Below are positions 1 through 8,253 of a stretch of 64,000 bases of DNA, piece by piece. Where the stretch lies: contig JABIGQ010000038.1 in NCBI GenBank assembly GCA_018650085.1, forward strand, positions 4,388-68,387, in the 5' to 3' direction. The notes below the pieces were generated by a model that saw only the letters and a program-made list of their open reading frames with translations, was not told the origin of the DNA and ran no database searches. The translations under genes were made by a program, and so were the position numbers. Positions within the stretch are counted from its first letter, which is position 1; the number at the start of each line of letters is the position of its first letter. Origin of the DNA: Candidatus Magasanikiibacteriota bacterium. GTDB taxonomy: Bacteria; Patescibacteriota; Patescibacteriia; Magasanikbacterales; UBA922.

Positions 1-720
1 TTAGATGGAGATGTGATTAGTGCTCCTACGGTGCAAGCAGTTATTACTGGTGGAGAAGCCGTGATTAGTGGGAGTTTTTCTTTACTAGAAGCGCGTGAAT
101 TGGCACAGAGATTAAATACTGGTGCGCTTCCTGTACCAATTCATCTTATTTCACAACAATCTATCGGAGCAAGCTTAGGGGCAGAATCATTGTCAAAGAG
201 TTTGTATGCAGGAATAGCAGGAGTGCTGATTGTCATGTTATTTATGCTACTCTATTATAGATTACCTGGATTGCTGGCTGTATTGTCATTATCAATGTAT
301 ATTATCTTTACATTAGCAATATTTAAGTTAATTCACGTGACACTGACATTGGCTGGTATTGCTGGATTTATCTTATCTATTGGTATGGCTGTAGATGCCA
401 ACGTTCTTATATTTGAACGATTAAAAGAAGAATTACGTGAAGGGAAGAGTCTAAAAGCAGCAGTAGAAGAAGGATTCCTTCGTGCATGGACATCTATTCG
501 TGATGGGAACATTTCTACACTTATTACTTGTGCATTGCTTATCTGGTTTGGATCTAGTTTTGTCCAAGGGTTTGCAGCGACACTTGCTATTGGTATTTTA
601 CTGAGCATGTTTACAGCAATTACTATTACAAGATTTATGTTACGTTATATTGTCCCATGGTTTGGTCAATATGGGAATAAATTATTCTTAGGGTATTCTT
701 CTCATGAAAAAGAACAATAA
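1..720 (+). CDS. secD: Protein-export membrane protein SecD, C-terminal part. The 5' end lies upstream of the window.
   Basis: The frame is open from base 1. Conserved SecD C-terminal TM block motifs are present: 'LSIGMAVDANVLIFERLKEE', 'DGNISTLITCALLIWFGSSFVQGFAATLAIGIL'. It sits directly upstream of, and overlaps, secF. Confidence 0.85.
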   Translation, partial: LDGDVISAPTVQAVITGGEAVISGSFSLLEARELAQRLNTGALPVPIHLISQQSIGASLGAESLSKSLYAGIAGVLIVMLFMLLYYRLPGLLAVLSLSMYIIFTLAIFKLIHVTLTLAGIAGFILSIGMAVDANVLIFERLKEELREGKSLKAAVEEGFLRAWTSIRDGNISTLITCALLIWFGSSFVQGFAATLAIGILLSMFTAITITRFMLRYIVPWFGQYGNKLFLGYSSHEKEQ

Positions 721-1765
721 GCATATGATTAATATTATAGAAAATAGACGCATTCCATTTATTATTTCAGGTATTGTATTTGTAGCAAGTCTTATTGCTC
801 TTGTGACATTACAATTAAAACCAGGGATTGATTTTACTGGTGGATCACTGCTAGAAGTGCAATTTACTGGTGAACGTCCAACGATTGATCAAGTAGAAGA
901 GGTTATTGCTTCTGCAGATCTGGGGAATGTAGTCATTCAACCTGCTGGAGATGATGGCATGATATTAAAAATGCGTTTTATTTCAGAAGAAGAACATCAA
1001 CAATTGTTTACTGTATTAAAAGAAACATTTGAAAAAGTAGAAGCTGTAGAGCTTATTACAGAAGAAGGAGAAGATGTGGTTGATGGTTCTACTGGTCTAG
1101 AAGTGTTGACAGTAGAAGGGGACAGTGAAGTTGTTATGCTAGATATTGAAACAGAACTTCCAGATGATGCTCTTTCTGCACGTGTGCTAGAAAAACGATT
1201 TGAAACTATTGGAAGTGTGATTAGTAATGAGCTGCGTGAACGATCATGGCAAGCTGGTATTGCTGTGGTATTAGCGATTGTCTTTTTTGTAGCATATGCG
1301 TTTAGACGAGTGTCAAAACCAGTATCTTCATGGAAATATGGGATTACTGCTATTATTGCACTTGTGCATGATGTGACTATCACTATGGGTATCTTTGCAC
1401 TATTAGGGTATTTTTACGGCATAGAAATTGATGTTCCGTTTGTGGTCGCCATGCTTACTATTTTAGGATATTCGGTCAATGATACTATTGTTGTGTTTGA
1501 TCGTGTTCGTGAAAAACTTATAAAACGTGGGCGAGATAAATTTGCTGAAACAGTAAATATGGGAGTAAATGAAACGCTTATTCGTTCTATAAATACATCA
1601 GTAACAACATTACTTGTATTAACAGCCTTATTCTTATTTGGTGGTGAATCTATTCATTATTTTTCACTTGCCCTTATGATAGGTATAGTATTGGGAACAT
1701 ATTCTTCTATATTCCTTGCAAGTCCGTTGTTGGTTGTCTGGGAAAGAATAGCAAACAAACGATAG
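704..1765 (+). CDS. secF: Protein-export membrane protein SecF, with an acidic insertion in the periplasmic loop.
   Basis: N-terminal TM segment followed by 'GIDFTGGS', and a C-terminal six-TM SecF core ('ILGYSVNDTIVVFDRVRE'). It overlaps secD by 17 nt, the classic secDF arrangement. Confidence 0.85.
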   Translation: MKKNNKHMINIIENRRIPFIISGIVFVASLIALVTLQLKPGIDFTGGSLLEVQFTGERPTIDQVEEVIASADLGNVVIQPAGDDGMILKMRFISEEEHQQLFTVLKETFEKVEAVELITEEGEDVVDGSTGLEVLTVEGDSEVVMLDIETELPDDALSARVLEKRFETIGSVISNELRERSWQAGIAVVLAIVFFVAYAFRRVSKPVSSWKYGITAIIALVHDVTITMGIFALLGYFYGIEIDVPFVVAMLTILGYSVNDTIVVFDRVREKLIKRGRDKFAETVNMGVNETLIRSINTSVTTLLVLTALFLFGGESIHYFSLALMIGIVLGTYSSIFLASPLLVVWERIANKR

Positions 1766-1782
1766 TAAAAAAAATTATTAAA

Positions 1783-1820
1783 AAGAAACACTTCATATAC
1801 TCGAGTGTTTCTTTTTTTTA
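1783..1820 (+). terminator. Rho-independent terminator after secF.
   Basis: Inverted repeat AGAAACACT-N11-AGTGTTTCT followed by a T8 run. Confidence 0.6.
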
Positions 1821-1858
1821 TGGTATAATATAAGTATATAATTTATAGAAAAGTATTT

Positions 1859-2020
1859 ATGTCAGATAAATTTATTCGACATCTTATTTCTGCTATTGTG
1901 TTTATTGTCTCAATACTTATTTATGTGGCTGCATATACGGCAGGAACACATGGATGGTGGTGGACGTCTATAGGGCTTGTAGCAGTTTATTTTATTATCT
2001 ATACACTTGTCGAAGCATAA
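1859..2020 (+). CDS. Small hydrophobic peptide, 53 aa, two predicted TM segments. Not in the ORF track because it is under 60 aa.
   Basis: ATG at 1859 is preceded by an extended -10 'TGGTATAAT' at 1822-1830. Translation: MSDKFIRHLISAIVFIVSILIYVAAYTAGTHGWWWTSIGLVAVYFIIYTLVEA*. The stop abuts the ATG of the next gene at 2022. Confidence 0.35.
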   Translation: MSDKFIRHLISAIVFIVSILIYVAAYTAGTHGWWWTSIGLVAVYFIIYTLVEA

Positions 2021-2021
2021 T

Positions 2022-3455
2022 ATGATAGTGTCTTTTGGAGTGCTTACTATTGATTTTACATCAATTATCTCTTTTTTCCAGTCAAGCTCGACTATTGGTA
2101 TTGTTTGGGCTATTTTTATTATAGCCGGATATTTAGGATTTATTTATGTATTATTATATTTAGGCATTGGGTATTATCAGGGATATCGTGAAGACAAGGC
2201 AACTGCTGATTGGAAATATGTCCTCCTTGCAGTAGATGTTCCCCCTATGAATGTCCAAACACCAAAGGCGGTAGAGCAATTATTTGCACAATTATCGGGT
2301 GCATTTGATTCTCCAGATATAGCAGCTAAATTTCGTGGTGGGTATAAGCAACGCTGGTTTAGTTTTGAAATTGTTAGTGTAGAAGGATATATTCAATTTC
2401 TTATTTGGACAGAAGCGGGTTTTCGTGATTTGGTAGAAGCTTCTGTATATGCGCAGTATCCAGATGCCGAAATTATAGAAGTAGAAGATTATGTAAATAA
2501 TGCACCAGAAACATTCCCAAATGATACACATGATATTTGGGCTGCTGATTTTGGGCTTGCAGAGGATAATGCATATCCTATACGCAATTATCGTGAATTT
2601 GAACATAATATCTCAAAGGATACTATCTTAAAAGATCCTATGGGAGCGTTTCTTGAAAGTTTTAGTCGTATAGGTCCTGGAGAGCAAATGTGGTTCCAAA
2701 TTATTATTGAGCCTATCTCAAATAGTTGGAAAGAAAAGGCTATTAAAAAAATAAAAGAATTAATTGGAGAAAAAGTAAAAGAAAAAGGCACTGGATTTGT
2801 GGGAAAGTATTTTGTAGATAAACCTATTGCTTTAGGCGCTGAATTAGCAAATCATATTACTGGGGCAGAAGCAGGAGATTGGGCTGCTAGTAGTTCAGAT
2901 GATGGGGATAAAAATGAATTGAAATACATGACGCCTGGACAAGTGAAGATATTAGAATCTATGGAACAGAAAATTAGTGCTATTGGATTTAAAACAAAAA
3001 TGCGTGGGGTGTATATAGCAAGAAAAGAAGTTTTTAATCCAAATCGTGGAGTGCATGCTATGATAGGGGCTATCAATCAATTCAATGTACCAACTTCTAA
3101 TTCGATTGTTCCTAAATTTGGTGTGGGTGCTTCTTACTTTTTTACAGAGTATAGAAAAAGAGAAAAGAAAAAGTTAATGATGAAAGCGTATAAAAAAAGA
3201 AAAATAAAACCAGGGGCAAGTTCTTGTATTTTAAATGTAGAGGAACTAGCTACTATTTGGCATTTTCCTATGTCTCATGTACAAACACCTATGGTTCAGA
3301 AAGTGGAAGCAAAACAATCTACTCCTCCTGTGGGATTGCCTGTGGAACAGATTTTGCCTATGGCAGATGTATTGGAAAAAGAAAAGGCTGCACTAGAAGA
3401 GAAAGTATCTGGGACAGATGCATATGGGTATAGTGGAGATATGAAGTTTGGGTAG
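2022..3455 (+). CDS. Hypothetical membrane-anchored protein. N-terminal TM helices, then a large soluble domain and a basic K/R-rich segment.
   Basis: Long ORF. The first ATG is at 2022; the track begins at an in-frame TTG at 2007. No family motif recognised. Confidence 0.55.
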   Translation: MIVSFGVLTIDFTSIISFFQSSSTIGIVWAIFIIAGYLGFIYVLLYLGIGYYQGYREDKATADWKYVLLAVDVPPMNVQTPKAVEQLFAQLSGAFDSPDIAAKFRGGYKQRWFSFEIVSVEGYIQFLIWTEAGFRDLVEASVYAQYPDAEIIEVEDYVNNAPETFPNDTHDIWAADFGLAEDNAYPIRNYREFEHNISKDTILKDPMGAFLESFSRIGPGEQMWFQIIIEPISNSWKEKAIKKIKELIGEKVKEKGTGFVGKYFVDKPIALGAELANHITGAEAGDWAASSSDDGDKNELKYMTPGQVKILESMEQKISAIGFKTKMRGVYIARKEVFNPNRGVHAMIGAINQFNVPTSNSIVPKFGVGASYFFTEYRKREKKKLMMKAYKKRKIKPGASSCILNVEELATIWHFPMSHVQTPMVQKVEAKQSTPPVGLPVEQILPMADVLEKEKAALEEKVSGTDAYGYSGDMKFG

Positions 3456-3478
3456 TTATAGAAAAAAGAGTAAAATAA

Positions 3479-3553
3479 AAAACCGTCCCCTTGTCTCCTC
3501 TTTTATTTGTCGATAATTTCAACAAATAAAAGCGAAGTGGGACGGTTTTTTTA
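3479..3553. terminator. Bidirectional terminator with nested hairpins between two convergent genes.
   Basis: Outer stem AAAAACCGTCCC...GGGACGGTTTTTTT. Inner stem CTTTTATTTGT...ACAAATAAAAG. A-run on the left and T-run on the right. Confidence 0.55.
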
Positions 3554-3633
3554 TTCCATCAGATACCACTTGCAGATTGCCATATATAGAAGACAATCTT
3601 TTTTACCACAGGATGTGGATTTATATATAGTTT

Positions 3634-4302
3634 TTACAGAGACCAATACACTCTTGTGTAAGGGGTTCCATTGCTATATTGGGATTCCCGGACTTGGAAT
3701 GTTTCTATTTTTTTCCATTCGTAAGTTCGGGGGTATTGAACTTCTAAGACACCATAAACATGAAAGTCTATTGTTTTTTTTGGGTCGTCTTGTTCATCCC
3801 AAGTTCCATCTCCATTTGTGTCATTGATTGTTCTTTTTCCAGTATACTTAGGAGTTATAAATGACATGCCAGAATTATAATCATCTCCGGTTCGAGTACC
3901 TTCTATGATTACAGAACAACTGTGCTTAGAATTTTTTGGAGTAAATACATACTGTTCCAATTCTATAGTCATTTCTTGTGATGTAAATTGTTCCCCATCA
4001 CATTGGATTTGGATTTTATATTTAGGCGGATTAAAAATACCACCCCCTATTTCGAGAGTATTTTCAGGGTACTCAGAGATAGTATCATCTTCTAATATAG
4101 GCAATGAGTATCCAAGAGATGTCCGATATGTCCACCTTACAGTGATCTCACTGTTGGGGGGCTCTGCTGGCAGGACAACAGGAGTGGGGTTTTCTTCTGC
4201 CTCTGTTGTGAAGCCTTGTGGCTCACTACACTTGCAGCCTGCCATTAGGCTGGAGAGAATGAACAGAAGGGCACTGATGAGTTGGAAAGAACTGCGGCTC
4301 AT
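3634..4302 (-). CDS. Putative lipoprotein.
   Basis: Signal peptide ending in lipobox 'LMAGC'. Soluble domain with no recognisable motif. The N-terminal coding part is locally GC-rich. Confidence 0.55.
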   Translation of the reverse strand: MSRSSFQLISALLFILSSLMAGCKCSEPQGFTTEAEENPTPVVLPAEPPNSEITVRWTYRTSLGYSLPILEDDTISEYPENTLEIGGGIFNPPKYKIQIQCDGEQFTSQEMTIELEQYVFTPKNSKHSCSVIIEGTRTGDDYNSGMSFITPKYTGKRTINDTNGDGTWDEQDDPKKTIDFHVYGVLEVQYPRTYEWKKIETFQVRESQYSNGTPYTRVYWSL

Positions 4303-4462
4303 GATGGACTCCTATGCTTCACATGTTTGTAAAGCTATAGAGGTGGAATGTTCAGTATGCAGAAACAAGAGTTGATATCTGCATTGAACTAAAGTAAGCT
4401 AGCATAAAAAAAGTATTCTGTCAAGTATGGTGTATGGGTTTTTCATGATAGAGAACGTTATA

Positions 4463-4491
4463 TTGACAGTATCTTAAATAAATGCTATAGT
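4463..4491 (+). promoter_or_regulatory. Sigma70-like promoter: TTGACA-N17-TATAGT.
   Basis: Exact -35 hexamer, 17-bp spacer, 5/6 -10. Lies ~100 nt upstream of the small ORF at 4590. A 7-bp leader hairpin (GAAGCAC...GTGCTTC, 4545-4574) lies between. Confidence 0.4.
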
Positions 4492-4589
4492 TTTTAGTTG
4501 AAAAATAATATGTATTCCAGTATCTATAGATGTAAAAAATATATATATTGAAGCACATATTAACAGCCAGTGCTTCAGGAGGAAAGTGT

Positions 4590-4736
4590 ATGTATCCTGT
4601 AGTAGAGGATGAGTCTGTTTTGGAGAAAGTCGCTCTTTGGATGGGGGCAGTATTGCTGCTCATGGTAGTAGTCCTCGCGGGATACTATTGTGGTGGGTAT
4701 AACGGTCTCTGGACCGTGCACCCATTTTTTCTGTAG
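4590..4736 (+). CDS. Small predicted membrane peptide, 48 aa.
   Basis: ATG is preceded by GGAGG at a 7-nt spacing. Hydrophobic core 'ALWMGAVLLLMVVVLAGYY'. Own promoter upstream. GC-rich relative to its surroundings. Confidence 0.3.
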   Translation: MYPVVEDESVLEKVALWMGAVLLLMVVVLAGYYCGGYNGLWTVHPFFL

Positions 4737-4854
4737 AGAGAAGAATCTCTCTGCAGTCCAACGAACGCCGTCTTTGTACAAGTCAATTTTGACATGTATG
4801 GGGGCGGTTATTTTTATATATACATATTGCTAAAATAGTAAATTTTACGTATAC

Positions 4855-5901
4855 TTGAGCTATATGAAATCTATTGCACTCATAAACAATTTATATGGTA
4901 AGTATGCGAGAGGTGGGGCTGAGAGAGTCGTAGAGCAATTAGCAAGGCATTATCAGGCCGGAGGGAAGCATGTAATTGTCATAAGTTTAGGAAAGAAAAA
5001 TGAACGGATAGAACATGATGGTGTTGTGGTATATTATTATAAAGCACCGCAGATTTTTTCATATGTAGATTTAGACAAGCACGGATTGTTTTTAAAAATG
5101 ATCTGGCATGCTTTTAATATATGTAATATTTTTTCTGCTCTGGGTATTGTAAACATATTAAAAAAAGAAAAAGTATCACTAGTCCATACACATAATCTTA
5201 TGGGATTAGGATTGTGCTTGCCTGTAGCTTTTAGAAAAAGAAATATAAAGCATATACATACTGTGCATGATGTACAGTTGGTGGAGCCTAGTGGAGTATT
5301 GTCATGGGATCATAAAAAAGATAATTTGTTTCAAGTCTGTTATAAGTATATTACTAAATTATTGATGGGGAGTCCTGCAGAAGTAATATTTCCATCGCAG
5401 TATATGTCTGATTTTTATACATCACGTGGTTTTTTTAAGAAGAGTAAAAAAAAGGTATTGTCTATACATAATTCTTACAAACAAAAAACTTCTAAAAAGA
5501 TACAAACATATGTATTTGTAGGAACATTATCAGAGCATAAGGGGGCGCATCTTTTACCAGAGATATGGAATGATATTGATGATAAAACATTAATAATAGT
5601 AGGAGATGGAGAACTTCGAGAGCGTATTTCCTCATGGGCAAAAAAACAAGATACTGTTACGTATCTTGGGAGGTTAGAAAAAGTGGCATTAGAAGAAATT
5701 TATAAAAAAGCGGATTGTCTTATTTTCCCTTCAATTTGTATAGAAAACAGACCAAATGTTTTAGAGGAAGCATTGGCACATGGGCTTTCTATTATTGCTT
5801 CAGATACTGGTGGTGTGCGGGAGGTATTGGCAGAAGTGTCTCAGGCTCATTTAGTTACTCCGGGAGTTGTGGAGGAGTTTAGGGAGCAGATATTATCTTA
5901 G
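4855..5901 (+). CDS. Glycosyltransferase, family 4 (GT-B fold).
   Basis: N-terminal 'GGAERVV' motif. C-terminal 'ADCLIFPS...ENRPNVLEEALAHGLSIIASDTGGVREV' with the E-X7-E signature of GT4. The start may instead be the ATG at 4864. Confidence 0.75.
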   Translation: MSYMKSIALINNLYGKYARGGAERVVEQLARHYQAGGKHVIVISLGKKNERIEHDGVVVYYYKAPQIFSYVDLDKHGLFLKMIWHAFNICNIFSALGIVNILKKEKVSLVHTHNLMGLGLCLPVAFRKRNIKHIHTVHDVQLVEPSGVLSWDHKKDNLFQVCYKYITKLLMGSPAEVIFPSQYMSDFYTSRGFFKKSKKKVLSIHNSYKQKTSKKIQTYVFVGTLSEHKGAHLLPEIWNDIDDKTLIIVGDGELRERISSWAKKQDTVTYLGRLEKVALEEIYKKADCLIFPSICIENRPNVLEEALAHGLSIIASDTGGVREVLAEVSQAHLVTPGVVEEFREQILS

Positions 5902-6005
5902 ATTGAGATTTGTAATTTCACATTATAATTTTTTTCAAAATAATTCGGGCACATTTTTTTCTCAAATATAGCTTTCTCTTCGCTGTATAAGTATATATAG
6001 GTAAG

Positions 6006-8078
6006 TTATCTTACATACTCATATACCCATACTTCATCTGCGCCAAATGTCCACCATGCATTGGCTTCTTTTTTTGCTTCATCTCGCAGGTATGCTGCTG
6101 GTGACCAGTAGCTGGTGTGGATGAAATATGCTTTATTTACGCCTGCATAATCCATGGCTTGAATCATCCATGCTCTTTTTGGTTCATCATATACCATGTG
6201 TGCAAAGTAGCTGTACATTGGGGCGCCTGTGGGGATAGAATAGAAGTATTGTTCTCCATGTGCTACATTGTGATATTTTAGAAATCCAAATTCTTTCATG
6301 GCTGTTACACCGACCATCTGATTTGTTAATACTATGTAGTCTGGAGTATTATCATTTCTTTCATGAATAAAATGTACGGCTTCTTTATCTGCGTTACGGA
6401 TAGATATCCCTGTATAATATGACAGAGCATTTCTGGTAGGGTAGGTAAAAAACCAAGAGATAGTTAATAATATGACAAGAGAGAAAATAGAAATATATTG
6501 GATAATATGTTTTTGTTTTTTTATGTAGTGATATAAATATATCATTGTACTGGCAAATGCTGGAAGTAAAAATAAATATGCCATCATAAGAAGGCGTTTT
6601 GCATAGTTACCGTATTCATAGTTCGCCATATTTGGGAAACGTATGATAGTAGCAATGATTGCTCCAGAAAAAAAGAGCCCAAAAGATGTCGCAAGAAAAA
6701 ACAAGGATCTCTTTTCTTTTTTTGTATAGAAAAGTCCAACCCCCATTATTGTTAATATGATATATGGGATAAGTGCTTTATAATGATAGAGTAATTGTAA
6801 ATGTCTTGGGGCATTATCAAATAATTCCCAATGTGGTTTTTTGAAAAATGAGATAAAAACATCCAGTTCTTCCCACGGCATAATAACACGAAGTTCGCTA
6901 TGCATATATAGGATAAGCCCCAGTGGCAATGCAATGGCAAGTAGGATGCTGTAGAGAGGGTAGAGGTATGTTTTTGTCTGGTTTTTAAAACGCCACGCTA
7001 GGATAATAATTGCGAGTGGAATACCAGCAATGGCATGAGTAATAAGTGTCATGATGGTAAATAGTCCTATGAGTAGGTCATCTTGTTTTCTATGTGGTTT
7101 ATCCCATATATGCCAGATCCATAATGCAACGAGTGTAGAAAAAAGAAGGGTGAGGTTAAATGGGGTGGTAAAAATAAACCAAGAAAGTGGTACAAGTGTT
7201 AAAAGAATTGTTGCCCAGAGTGCTTTATGTTTGTATCCATATGTGTGCCAGAGAAAGAGAGGAATGTATATACTTGCAAGCAGTGGGACAAGTAGGGTGT
7301 CTATGCTAATAATAGATATATGGCTGAGTGCAGAAATAAATAATACAAGCATGTATTGTCCTAGATAATATGGATTTTTTGGTGAGATCATGCCATGATC
7401 TCTAATATAGGTTTCACTTGCTTGGTGAATCACAGGATCATAGCCATAGCCATTTTTAAATAATATAATGGCAACGGACAGTATGAGTATATAATGAATG
7501 ATGCTTCCAAGGAAAAGAAGCATGGGGTGGGTTTTTTGTTTTAATGCAATAAATAGATAAAGTATGGTAGTTATTGCAAATACGGTAAAGAATTTGGGCC
7601 CTACGAGTGTCCATGGGGAATAGAGTGTTCCTCCATATTGTTTTGTATATAATACGCCTAGGAGAAGGAGACTTCCGAGTATTGGTATTATACCCCAGAT
7701 GAGTTTTTTTAAGTCTAATGTATTGCGTTTTATCTTAGCTTTAGTATTTGATTTTTTATGTATGAGATATATGGATAGTATTGAAATAAGGCATATTATT
7801 CCACTTGCCAAAAAATTACTCCACCCAAAAAACCAGTAAACAGGGGTTGCAATGATTGGGATAGAGAGATATAGTAATAGTGATCCAAAGAGGAATTGAG
7901 GGATTGCAGATTGTTTTGGGATCCATGATTTCCCCCAGATATAACCGTGTGTGAGTGTAAATAGGGAGAATATGAGTATTCCTGCTATTTTTGAGATATT
8001 TGTGTATATACTAAAAAGCGCAAGGATTGTCACAAGTGTGAAAGTGGTGATATACTTGATATGTATGGAGTTTTTCAT
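6006..8078 (-). CDS. Large polytopic membrane protein, more than 12 TM helices plus a ~130-aa C-terminal soluble domain. Possibly a GT-C-type glycosyltransferase; speculative.
   Basis: 690-aa ORF, almost entirely hydrophobic helices with an aromatic-rich C-terminal domain. Divergent from a similar gene at 8254. Adjacent to a GT4 gene. Confidence 0.55.
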   Translation of the reverse strand: MKNSIHIKYITTFTLVTILALFSIYTNISKIAGILIFSLFTLTHGYIWGKSWIPKQSAIPQFLFGSLLLYLSIPIIATPVYWFFGWSNFLASGIICLISILSIYLIHKKSNTKAKIKRNTLDLKKLIWGIIPILGSLLLLGVLYTKQYGGTLYSPWTLVGPKFFTVFAITTILYLFIALKQKTHPMLLFLGSIIHYILILSVAIILFKNGYGYDPVIHQASETYIRDHGMISPKNPYYLGQYMLVLFISALSHISIISIDTLLVPLLASIYIPLFLWHTYGYKHKALWATILLTLVPLSWFIFTTPFNLTLLFSTLVALWIWHIWDKPHRKQDDLLIGLFTIMTLITHAIAGIPLAIIILAWRFKNQTKTYLYPLYSILLAIALPLGLILYMHSELRVIMPWEELDVFISFFKKPHWELFDNAPRHLQLLYHYKALIPYIILTIMGVGLFYTKKEKRSLFFLATSFGLFFSGAIIATIIRFPNMANYEYGNYAKRLLMMAYLFLLPAFASTMIYLYHYIKKQKHIIQYISIFSLVILLTISWFFTYPTRNALSYYTGISIRNADKEAVHFIHERNDNTPDYIVLTNQMVGVTAMKEFGFLKYHNVAHGEQYFYSIPTGAPMYSYFAHMVYDEPKRAWMIQAMDYAGVNKAYFIHTSYWSPAAYLRDEAKKEANAWWTFGADEVWVYEYVR

Positions 8079-8132
8079 ATATCCACAGTATAGCGAGTTT
8101 TTTATCTATTTGCAATGTATTGAGTGATTGGG

Positions 8133-8236
8133 TTTGTATAGTATATCTATTTTTTCACTGCATGATTGCTTCTTAAAACGTTCCTTTTGCGGAACTAAAC
8201 ATATCCGTTCAAAAATAAATATACTGCACTCTCTTT
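8133..8236 (+). repeat. Copy 1 of the ~100-bp TIR-flanked repeat family. Its left end is degenerate.
   Basis: Core 'TATCTATTTTTTCACTGCATGATTGCTTCTTAAAACGTTCCTTTTGCGGAACTAAACATATCCGTTCAAAAATAAATATA' shared with the copies at 24467, 56983 and 59344. Ends 18 bp before the ATG at 8254. Confidence 0.7.
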
Positions 8237-8253
8237 AATAGATATTATATATT

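Noticed and set aside
333-1383. The - strand ORFs 333..608 and 997..1383 inside secD/secF.
   Set aside because: They lie entirely within well-supported secDF coding sequence on the opposite strand. No independent signals.
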